Source of the DNA: Candidatus Aenigmatarchaeota archaeon
GTDB taxonomy: Archaea; Aenigmatarchaeota; Aenigmatarchaeia; CG10238-14; SpSt-28
Assembly: GCA_021161995.1 (NCBI GenBank)
Contig: JAGGZO010000073.1
Coordinates: 1 to 24,000, forward strand
Direction: 5' to 3'
DNA: 24,000 bases
This document shows, one piece after another, positions 16,537 through 24,000 of the stretch. Made by a program: the position numbers and the translations under genes. Each line of letters starts with the position of its first letter. The stretch's first letter is position 1. The notes below the pieces were generated by a model. The model had not been told where the DNA came from, ran no database searches, and worked only from the letters and a program-made list of their open reading frames with translations.

Positions 16537-16908
16537 ATGGAGTTTATCGATGTCATAATGTTCGGTTTTAAACCATTCTTGATATCAACAATAATAATTT
16601 ACAGCCTCTTGATCAAAACCAAAATTTTTGGTGGTGATAAAGCAGGCAAGAAAGTAAGTGCGATAATAGCTGTAACTATCTCTATGTATATATTCCTTGG
16701 TTTCTTGGAGAATGCTAGCATGATACTGAAAACGTTTTTGGTATTTCCATTACTAATACTGCTTATATTTGTTGGTTTTGTTGCATACAAAACTCTTGTT
16801 GAGATGAAAATTCATGAACCAAAGAAGAATAGAGAGAAAATTCTACTTTTTGTTGTCGTTTTGTTACTTACGATCTTTCTTTCGTTATACATCTTTACTA
16901 AGCTATAA
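16537..16908 (+). CDS. Small membrane protein of the same shared-motif family
   Basis: 123 aa; MFGFKPFLISTIIIYSLLIKTKIFGGDKAGKKVSAIIAVTISMYIF. Confidence 0.7.
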   Translation: MEFIDVIMFGFKPFLISTIIIYSLLIKTKIFGGDKAGKKVSAIIAVTISMYIFLGFLENASMILKTFLVFPLLILLIFVGFVAYKTLVEMKIHEPKKNREKILLFVVVLLLTIFLSLYIFTKL

Positions 16909-16934
16909 ATATAAGCTTAGACATTTAATTTATT

Positions 16935-17840
16935 ATGAGAGAGGAAATTCTAAAGTTCTATTTACTCGCATTACTACTGGCAATTCCACTTACAAACGCT
17001 GCTAGTGTAGTTCAACTGGGGATGTCCGATACAATCATGAGTGTTATAGTTATTTTGGGCTTTGTTGGTATACTATTGTATCTAGGAGGAGTAATAAAGT
17101 TTTCCGGTGCTGGTTCATGGAAAAACAAAATTCCAACTAGCTTCATTGCATTTGCAATATTTTTGATAATAGTATTCGTTGTTCCAATGTTCGTTAAATA
17201 TCCATCATACATAAGAGTCGACCCAACCTGGCAAAGTTCACCTCTACCGTCTACTGTTGGAAAAATATTTATAATGCTTGGTTTACCAGAGGACTGGATG
17301 TATGTTCCAGCAATAATATATCTGTTTATTATTCCATTTGCAGCTATCTATACTTTGGTGTGGGCGTTTCTCAATGATCTAGGCGTCTTCAAAAATGTTA
17401 GTAACAAGAGGATAAACATAGTATTAGCATTTTTAATTGCTTTTTCGACAATACCACTAGGATACTTCACCAAACTTGTTCATGTGTTATTTGCATTCCT
17501 TGGTGGGTATTCAGTTGCAATGTTTGCTGCTATGATGATAGTCGGCATATTTGGTAAGGGATATGGATATGCTGTAAATGCTTATGCTAAAACAGCAATT
17601 GCAAAACAGTCAGCTAAGATAAAGGTGTTGCACCAGAACGTGAAGAATTTGTTAGCCGAAGTACAAAAAGCAAGAGATGATGGCGCAGCAAGAGCAGTCC
17701 TAATGACACCAGCAGCACAGGCCATGTTAAGAGAATATGGTAACATGACTGGTAGACCGATGGAGATAGAAGCCATACTAGCGAACTTAAATGGTATGAG
17801 TAAAAGTCAAATAATAGATGCATTGAAAAAACTCGTCTAA
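16935..17840 (+). CDS. Multi-pass membrane protein with signal peptide and the shared motif
   Basis: 301 aa; signal MREEILKFYLLALLLAIPLTNAAS, several TM helices, FIIPFAAIYTLVWAFLNDLGVFKNVSNKRINIVLAFLIAFSTIP, soluble C-terminus. Confidence 0.78.
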   Translation: MREEILKFYLLALLLAIPLTNAASVVQLGMSDTIMSVIVILGFVGILLYLGGVIKFSGAGSWKNKIPTSFIAFAIFLIIVFVVPMFVKYPSYIRVDPTWQSSPLPSTVGKIFIMLGLPEDWMYVPAIIYLFIIPFAAIYTLVWAFLNDLGVFKNVSNKRINIVLAFLIAFSTIPLGYFTKLVHVLFAFLGGYSVAMFAAMMIVGIFGKGYGYAVNAYAKTAIAKQSAKIKVLHQNVKNLLAEVQKARDDGAARAVLMTPAAQAMLREYGNMTGRPMEIEAILANLNGMSKSQIIDALKKLV

Positions 17841-20080
17841 CCCTTCCCTATTCTTTTTCTAAACCATCCATCCCATCTTTTAAATATTTCTTTTGAATCT
17901 AGTGTACCAGTTTCATTTTTAACTTCTTCACTGAAATAATGAAACATGTCATTAGCTTCTACAACATAATCCGCTTCCAAAATTTCCGGCGTGTCATACT
18001 TTTCAGAGTAATCGACCATCGCTTGTTTTATTTTAGCTCTTAGCATGATATTGTCCCAAACAAGATCCCAATTACCATAGAATTCCCTCACCCTCTTTGC
18101 TATTTCGTTTATTACAAAACTTTCTCCATGTATCAAAGTGTCTGCTGGCTGTAGTTCATCTTTTTTCGAATTATAAACTAACAACGGAACAAATGCATTT
18201 TCTTTCAAAGGATCTTTGCTCCAATGTTTTCTTATCTCTGTAACTTCTACAACTCTTTTGAATCTTCTTAGACCATCTGCTGTTTTTAAGTTTGCTGTTA
18301 AAACTATTAGATCAGCTGCTTTGAAACTTGTTGTTGGTACACCTAAATCATTAACAACTCTATCAAAAACGCCATATGCTGATTCACCATGGATAGTTCC
18401 AGCTACCGTATGTGCTAACGCACCTATACGCATAGCCTCGAATAAAGCAAGAGCTTCTTTTGATCTAATTTCTCCTATTATCAAAACAGAGTCTCCAAGC
18501 CTTAGTGCTGTTCTTAACGCTTCTTCTGCCGGTAATTCTGATTCAACTCTTGTTATCACACTTCTAGCTTTCAATCTTGTTATGTTATACCCAAGTTTTC
18601 TGAAATAAGGAACGGGTATTTCAAGTGTATCTTCGATGACAACTATTCTGTATTTTTTCATTATCTCTAGCATCATTGCTGTTAATAAAGAAGTTTTACC
18701 TGAGCCTCTACCACCAGCAATCAATAAAGATCTACCACCATCTACAATAAAACTGAGTAACCCAGCAAATAATGGATTTATCATTTTGTACTTTATGAAC
18801 AATGGCAGTGTCCATGGTTTATCTCTATGTCTTCTGAACGCAAAACCCAAGCCTTCTGGTGATAAACCTTTTGTGATTGCAGCAACTCTTGCTCTACCAC
18901 CTGGAACTATTAGTTCTGTGTCTAATACGGGATTAGCTTCGTCCAAAGGCCTGCCAGAGTATAACCTGAATTTTGTCGCCCAGCCTTCAGCATCCTCTTT
19001 ACTAGGATAAAGATTAGTTTCACATTCTTCAAAATCAGCATGCTGGATAAATATTGGGGTTGAACCAACAGGAGAGTTTATGTAAATATCGGTTATTTTT
19101 TCGTCTGCTAATAATAACTCGAGTAACCCAAAACCAGCTGTGTATCTGACTAAAATGTTTGTTAATTGTTCTATTTTATCTCCTGTTAAGTATATTCCAG
19201 ATTCGCTAGCTATCCTTTCTATTGTTTCCTTTCCGAGTTTGTAGAAAAAATCTCTTGATGCTTCTAAGTCCAAATTCTCTGTTTCTGGTGGTCTGTTTTC
19301 TGCAATAAAAACTCTTGCTCTTTGCAGTATCATATTTTCTTCTTCATTCAAGAAGAATTCTGGTGCTTTGAGATAGTAAACCAGTCTAATCTTTCCAGGT
19401 ACTTTGTAAATCTCAACCTCTATCCCTTTTTGAATCTCATACCTTTCTATTCTTATAGACCCTCTTGGCGGTAAAACAAAGAACTTTGAATCCATGAAAA
19501 CAGGTCTTATAATAGGTCTGAAAATTTTTCTGTATGATGTTCTATCTCCAGGTTTTATCAAATTTATTTCATTGACGAACTCTTGTATTATTTTAGATTT
19601 CTTCAACTCAGATATAATTTTCTCTACATGGTTTTGTAAAAGACTTTTTGTAAGACTATCTTTCTTTTTATCGAGTTCTATTTGCAAAAGAATTCTCATT
19701 CTTTTTGCTTTCTTGAATGCATATATAGGATCCCTTCTTATCAACTTCAATATTTCGGAAAACTTTTCTAGTTTTTGTGATATACTGGCATGATTTCTTA
19801 ATTCTATATCGTTAACTGGCTGATCAACTCTAAACCTTCTTGTTAACCTTTTGTGTATATCTGCGATTTCATATAACAACTTAACTTGATCATAATCGTA
19901 TTCATAGTCTCTACCCTTAGTTATTACGATCGACTCTACAGTTTTAATTTGAGATAATCTGTCTATTATGAACTCCATCATATCCGCAGAATCTTCGATA
20001 GTAAAGAAAGTGACATCCATACCTGAGCAATTTACCAATAATTTATTCTCTGAGATCTCATACGGGAAATTGAAAACCAT
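17837..20080 (-). CDS. Type II/IV secretion system (VirB11/GspE/TadA/FlaI-superfamily) ATPase
   Basis: 747 aa; Walker A IAGGRGSGKTSLL, VIEDTLEIPVP, Walker B-like DSVLIIGEIRSKEALALFEAMRIG, HTVAGTIHG; long N-terminal domain. Confidence 0.93.
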   Translation of the reverse strand: MVFNFPYEISENKLLVNCSGMDVTFFTIEDSADMMEFIIDRLSQIKTVESIVITKGRDYEYDYDQVKLLYEIADIHKRLTRRFRVDQPVNDIELRNHASISQKLEKFSEILKLIRRDPIYAFKKAKRMRILLQIELDKKKDSLTKSLLQNHVEKIISELKKSKIIQEFVNEINLIKPGDRTSYRKIFRPIIRPVFMDSKFFVLPPRGSIRIERYEIQKGIEVEIYKVPGKIRLVYYLKAPEFFLNEEENMILQRARVFIAENRPPETENLDLEASRDFFYKLGKETIERIASESGIYLTGDKIEQLTNILVRYTAGFGLLELLLADEKITDIYINSPVGSTPIFIQHADFEECETNLYPSKEDAEGWATKFRLYSGRPLDEANPVLDTELIVPGGRARVAAITKGLSPEGLGFAFRRHRDKPWTLPLFIKYKMINPLFAGLLSFIVDGGRSLLIAGGRGSGKTSLLTAMMLEIMKKYRIVVIEDTLEIPVPYFRKLGYNITRLKARSVITRVESELPAEEALRTALRLGDSVLIIGEIRSKEALALFEAMRIGALAHTVAGTIHGESAYGVFDRVVNDLGVPTTSFKAADLIVLTANLKTADGLRRFKRVVEVTEIRKHWSKDPLKENAFVPLLVYNSKKDELQPADTLIHGESFVINEIAKRVREFYGNWDLVWDNIMLRAKIKQAMVDYSEKYDTPEILEADYVVEANDMFHYFSEEVKNETGTLDSKEIFKRWDGWFRKRIGKG

Positions 20081-20117
20081 ATAATTTAATATTATTGATT
20101 AACATTAAATTATATTT

Positions 20118-20525
20118 ATGGCGAAACAACAGAGGAGTTCCTCAGATTTATCTAGAATACAACTCTCTATGAATGATTTGTTGAATAGAATAAGAGTTTT
20201 GGAACAGCTAACTGAAAAAATGGATATTTTGATTTCTTCTTTAGAAAAAGAAGTTCGCGATACAGAAAAAAGATTATTGAACAGAATAAACGAAATAGAC
20301 GAATCTATCGAAAAAATGGATTCTCGCTTAAGACAGGTTGAAGTTTCTCTGGATAAACTCAAAAGCGAGGTTGACAAAAAGGCATCTAAGATGGAAGTTA
20401 AAGAACTGAGCTCATTGTTAGAGTTATTCAGTCCCATAAAATCAGTTTTTGTGACCAAGGAGCAAGTCAAAATGATTGTAGAAGAAATTTTGGAAAAGAA
20501 GAAAAAGGTTGAAACGAATATATAA
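20118..20525 (+). CDS. Small coiled-coil protein
   Basis: 135 aa; long heptad region MNDLLNRIRVLEQLTEKMDILISSLEKEVRDTEKRLLNRINEIDESIEKMDSRLRQVEVSLDKLKSEV. Confidence 0.75.
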   Translation: MAKQQRSSSDLSRIQLSMNDLLNRIRVLEQLTEKMDILISSLEKEVRDTEKRLLNRINEIDESIEKMDSRLRQVEVSLDKLKSEVDKKASKMEVKELSSLLELFSPIKSVFVTKEQVKMIVEEILEKKKKVETNI

Positions 20526-20547
20526 TTACCAAAGAAATTAAAGATTA

Positions 20548-21264
20548 TTGGTAAGTGGTAGCATGTTGTTTAGTAAGAAAAAATCCACATCTGTAGGAAA
20601 AGGGTTTGTACCAACAGATAAAGTAAAGGAGCTTTTTTCCAAAGGTTTCTCAGAGGTTGAAATAATAGATATACTAAGGAAAGAGGGTTTTTCTCCAGAA
20701 GAAGTCGACAAAGCATTGACGGAAGCTCTGAAATCAGAGATAAACAAAGTTAAGTTACCAACAAAGAAGGATATAGAAGAATCTGTTAAAGAAGAAGCAA
20801 AACCTTCTCAACCTCTTACTCAACAACCTGATCAGCAGACTCAGCCAGTTCAGCAAGCCACTCAGCAAATCCAACAACCTCAATCGGTCCAACCCGTCAA
20901 TCCAGTACAGCAAGAAGTTGCTGAAGAAGAATACGCATATGTTACACCAGAAGAGTATGTTGAATATCTTATAAGAGAAAAGATGCAAGATTTGAATACA
21001 AGATTAATGGAATTTAACATGAAATATAAGGAGCTAGAAAACAGAATAGCTGATTTGACAGAGAGATTAGATAATTTCTGGAAATCAAGAGAAGATGAAT
21101 ATCAATCAATACTCAGAAGGATAGAAACTTTAAAAGATTCTCTGGATGAAATGAACACAAGAATTGCTACACTAGAAAGAGCATTCAAAGAAACATTTCC
21201 ATCATTGATAGAAGGGATAAAGCTTCTGAGTGAAGTAGTTCAAAAGCTAAAAAAGGAAGCTTAG
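20548..21264 (+). CDS. Helical adaptor-like coiled-coil protein with a Pro/Gln-rich linker
   Basis: 238 aa; N-terminal KVKELFSKGFSEVEIIDILRKEGFSPEEVDKALTEAL, linker QPLTQQPDQQTQPVQQATQQIQQPQSVQPVNPVQQ, C-terminal coiled coil. Confidence 0.75.
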   Translation: MVSGSMLFSKKKSTSVGKGFVPTDKVKELFSKGFSEVEIIDILRKEGFSPEEVDKALTEALKSEINKVKLPTKKDIEESVKEEAKPSQPLTQQPDQQTQPVQQATQQIQQPQSVQPVNPVQQEVAEEEYAYVTPEEYVEYLIREKMQDLNTRLMEFNMKYKELENRIADLTERLDNFWKSREDEYQSILRRIETLKDSLDEMNTRIATLERAFKETFPSLIEGIKLLSEVVQKLKKEA

Positions 21265-21275
21265 AATAATTATTT

Positions 21276-21848
21276 ATGAATGTTTTTGAAAACGTAGCGC
21301 AGCAACTCGCTGAAGCGGGATTTTTTACATATTTTTTACCTTTCATAATTTTCACTGCATTCGCTTATGCATTGCTTAAAAGATCGAAAGTATTTGGGGA
21401 TTCTGTTGTATTGAATGGTGTTCTGGCGTTTTCGCTTGGTTTACTTGTTTTTGGGTCACCATTTCTTTTGGGGATCGATTTATCGAGAGCTCTTTCATTG
21501 TTTTTTGTTCAAGCATTTTCTTTTTTGTTAGTATTCTTCATAGGTATACTGATTTCAGCATTATTCTATCCAGACTTGCTTAAAGTACTGGAGGAAACAA
21601 TGAAAAGAAGGACAACAATGTATGCAATGATAGCACTGGGTTTAGCTTTATTCATAATAAGCGGACTTTTTTCCATAACTTATGAACCAGGCAACCAATC
21701 TGTTTCTACTGAAAATGGTGGAGGTTCTGGTTATATAAGTGAACAGAAAAGTAATTTAAGAGGTTTGTATATACTTACCACTGTTTTAATAATTTTTATT
21801 GTGATAATATTAATCGCTGGGTATGTTGCTAAAGGGGGTGGTGCATAA
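21276..21848 (+). CDS. Membrane protein, shared-motif family (paralog of the next gene)
   Basis: 190 aa; AEAGFFTYFLPFIIFTAFAYALLKRSKVFGDSVVLNGVLAFSLGLLVFGSPFLLGIDLSRAL. Confidence 0.8.
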   Translation: MNVFENVAQQLAEAGFFTYFLPFIIFTAFAYALLKRSKVFGDSVVLNGVLAFSLGLLVFGSPFLLGIDLSRALSLFFVQAFSFLLVFFIGILISALFYPDLLKVLEETMKRRTTMYAMIALGLALFIISGLFSITYEPGNQSVSTENGGGSGYISEQKSNLRGLYILTTVLIIFIVIILIAGYVAKGGGA

Positions 21849-22412
21849 GTGTCAGATCCATTCACAATAATGGTTCAAAGATTAGACGAACTTGGATTTT
21901 TTACCTTTCTTTTACCGTTCATTCTTTCAACTACTATAATCTATGCGTTACTAAGAAAATCGAAGATTTTTGGTGATCCAAAAGAGAATGTTACTGTTAA
22001 TGCAACTATTGCTATAACAATTTCTATGATGGTGCTAGCTGCACCTATACTAGCCGGTATTGATGTTAAGCAATCGTTAGCAAAGTTTTCAGTTTACTCA
22101 TTAATAATGTTTGTAATAATAATGTCTTCGTTGTTTGCGCTTGCTTTCATTGCACCAGAAGGTGATATCAGTAAACTTCTCAGCTCCGAAATAGGTGGTG
22201 GGAATAAAAAAGTAAAATTATTGAGTATAGTTGCTCTCTTGATTGGTATTTTTGTTATAGCTGTTTTATTTTCTAGCGGTATAATGTCTGTTTTATTTGG
22301 CGATAATCTTGGTAAAGGTTTATCCGGTTTGGATGAAACTATAAAGTCTGTGATAACTTTCATTGTTATAATTGGTTTTATTATCGGAGTTATTGTTTTT
22401 GTTAGTAAATAA
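21849..22412 (+). CDS. Membrane protein, shared-motif family (paralog of the previous gene)
   Basis: 187 aa; DELGFFTFLLPFILSTTIIYALLRKSKIFGDPKENVTVNATIAITISMMVLAAPILAGIDVKQSL. Confidence 0.8.
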   Translation: MSDPFTIMVQRLDELGFFTFLLPFILSTTIIYALLRKSKIFGDPKENVTVNATIAITISMMVLAAPILAGIDVKQSLAKFSVYSLIMFVIIMSSLFALAFIAPEGDISKLLSSEIGGGNKKVKLLSIVALLIGIFVIAVLFSSGIMSVLFGDNLGKGLSGLDETIKSVITFIVIIGFIIGVIVFVSK

Positions 22413-22415
22413 AAT

Positions 22416-23123
22416 TCATAGTATGATTACTGATGGTAGTTCAAAATCTTCTTTGAGAGCATTTTCTATACTACCTTTGAAAATCTCAGACGAGCCCCCA
22501 ACATCAGAAAAAACGATTATCTGATCTAGCCTAGATACAACTTTTTCATTGAATTTTTCTTCCAAATTCAATAAAATTTTTAAGGCGTCACTCACAGAGA
22601 GGAATTCATCATTTTCTATATCGATGTCTAATAGACAAAGAGTTTTTAATTTCCTTTTTCTGTTTTCTTTTATTGCTTCGTAAACAGATTTAGGCAATTT
22701 TCCCATTGTTCTTTTTGGTAATGGTATTGTTATTGTTTGTCCGAGCTGTGTAATTCTTATACCAGTTTCACATATTGCTGAAAATATCGATGATGCATGA
22801 ATGACTTTTGTTTCAATCCCAATCCCCTTTGCTTCTTCCAATATTGCGTAATGTGATGTTGCAACCAGTGGGTCTCCAGGAACTAATATAGCAACATTGA
22901 TAATTTTTGCTTCTTCTAATATTTTTTGGATTTCATTTTCCAAATCTTTTCTTTTAACTTTTATTATTTCTTTACCGGTTAGTTCTTCTAGTTTTTTAAT
23001 ATCACCTTTCCATAAGTTCGTGTACACTTCCGCATAAACTTTGCCCGATTTTTTTATTTGTTCTAATCCTTTTAGAGAGATATCCATTTCGTCATGTAAA
23101 CCTAAGCCAACAAGGACTAACAT
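22416..23123 (-). CDS. dphB: Diphthine synthase
   Basis: 235 aa; MLVLVGLGLHDEMDISLKGLE, VAILVPGDPLVATSHYAILEEAK, IHASSIFSAICETGIRITQLGQTITIP. Confidence 0.94.
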   Translation of the reverse strand: MLVLVGLGLHDEMDISLKGLEQIKKSGKVYAEVYTNLWKGDIKKLEELTGKEIIKVKRKDLENEIQKILEEAKIINVAILVPGDPLVATSHYAILEEAKGIGIETKVIHASSIFSAICETGIRITQLGQTITIPLPKRTMGKLPKSVYEAIKENRKRKLKTLCLLDIDIENDEFLSVSDALKILLNLEEKFNEKVVSRLDQIIVFSDVGGSSEIFKGSIENALKEDFELPSVIIL

Positions 23124-23138
23124 AAACTTATATTGAGA

Positions 23139-23993
23139 CTAAAGCATTATTCTTTTTTCTTTGCCGTTTTCTATTATCAGAAAGCCAGCTTTTTTATTGT
23201 TATATACTTTTGTTGAGAACACAGTTAAAATTCTTCCCTCATGATTCTCTTTGAAACCATCGCAAACTTCATGTCCTCTGACAATTTTTTCAAAACCAGT
23301 AATCTCGATGAACTTTTTTGTTATATCAGGTCCAAATGTATAACCTAAGTTTCTGTACACATTTTCCTTGTAGCCGTTCTCTTCCATTGGATCATTCCAT
23401 AAAAATTGGAGAATGATTTCATCATCCGGTTTTATTATTTGTTCTTTACTTTCTATGTTGATTGGTAAACCACCATGAACAAAAAATATTTTGTTGTATG
23501 AAGTTGAATATGGCAGCAAATCCCATAGCTTTCTGAATTTTTCATATAGTTCTTGTGCTTTGTGGTATCCGAATGATTTTAGTAGCGATCTTGGAAAATC
23601 GTGTGGTATGGTTTCATAACCGTTAAAAATTTCATGATTACCTCTGAGCAGAATTGTTCTGCCTTTTAGCAGTATTTTCAATGTTAGTATTGTGAAGTAT
23701 GTTTCTACTTGGTATAGTCCTCTGTCTCCATAGTCCCCTAAGAATAAAATAGTCGAATTTTTATTTGAAATGAAATCAGATTTTTCAATAATCGTTAGCA
23801 AACTATCTAAGTCTCCGTGTAAATCACCTACGACTATCAATTTTTCTGCTTTCTTTATTTTCACGTGAGGGAAAAATTCTTTTTCTAATATTTCTATGGA
23901 TTTCTCGACAGCTTCATCCATTTCATGGTAAAGGATTTTTCCTACCTTTTCCCTAAAAATCTCTAGATTTGGCTTCATATACATAATATTCAC
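23139..23993 (-). CDS. PPP-family serine/threonine phosphatase (calcineurin-like metallophosphoesterase)
   Basis: 284 aa; VVGDLHGDLDSL, LFLGDYGDRGLYQVE, ILLRGNHEIFNGY, FFVHGGLP, FLWNDP, VRGHEVCDG. Confidence 0.93.
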   Translation of the reverse strand: MNIMYMKPNLEIFREKVGKILYHEMDEAVEKSIEILEKEFFPHVKIKKAEKLIVVGDLHGDLDSLLTIIEKSDFISNKNSTILFLGDYGDRGLYQVETYFTILTLKILLKGRTILLRGNHEIFNGYETIPHDFPRSLLKSFGYHKAQELYEKFRKLWDLLPYSTSYNKIFFVHGGLPINIESKEQIIKPDDEIILQFLWNDPMEENGYKENVYRNLGYTFGPDITKKFIEITGFEKIVRGHEVCDGFKENHEGRILTVFSTKVYNNKKAGFLIIENGKEKRIML

Positions 23994-24000
23994 CTTTGAA

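Noticed and set aside
17582-17823. Minus-strand ORFs 17582..17776 and 17614..17823
   Set aside because: Antisense to the well-supported 301-aa membrane protein.
20105-20470. Minus-strand 121-aa Ser/Leu-rich ORF
   Set aside because: Antisense of the heptad-repeat protein; the + strand reading has strong coiled-coil periodicity.

Overview
This 24 kb window is archaeal. Supporting features are Topo VI A/B, aIF1A, a RIO kinase, a Dim2-like KH protein, NMD3, eS17, Alba, diphthine synthase, archaeal SAM synthetase, Trm5, an archaeal SRP RNA and tRNA introns with bulge-helix-bulge (BHB) geometry. Small compact genes suggest a DPANN-like lineage, but that is inference only. Housekeeping blocks are: a glycolytic block (class II FBA, partial and missing from the ORF track; ADP-dependent sugar kinase; TIM), trm5, tRNA-Leu, SRP RNA, tRNA-Val, eS17, SAM synthetase, the top6A-top6B-KH-RIO-aIF1A-NMD3 cluster, two intron-containing tRNAs (Thr, Trp) and Alba. 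The best candidate for an undescribed system is at about 16.0-22.4 kb. There, a divergently transcribed type II/IV secretion or pilus-family ATPase (747 aa) is flanked by five small membrane proteins sharing a short common motif and by two coiled-coil proteins. No FlaJ/TadC-type platform protein and no pilin lie beside it. Other notable items are: a tRNA-Phe split at 30/31 by a LAGLIDADG intron whose ORF runs through both tRNA exons; a Pelota-like protein lacking its central domain; a 34-aa Glu/Trp-repeat microprotein ORF with a Shine-Dalgarno sequence and an 8-nt 3' anti-SD complement; an apparently catalytically dead S2P-like membrane protein; short Thr and Trp tRNA introns that can pair with their own anticodon/splice regions; and a secreted protein with a class III (prepilin-like) signal and tandem beta-rich repeats.
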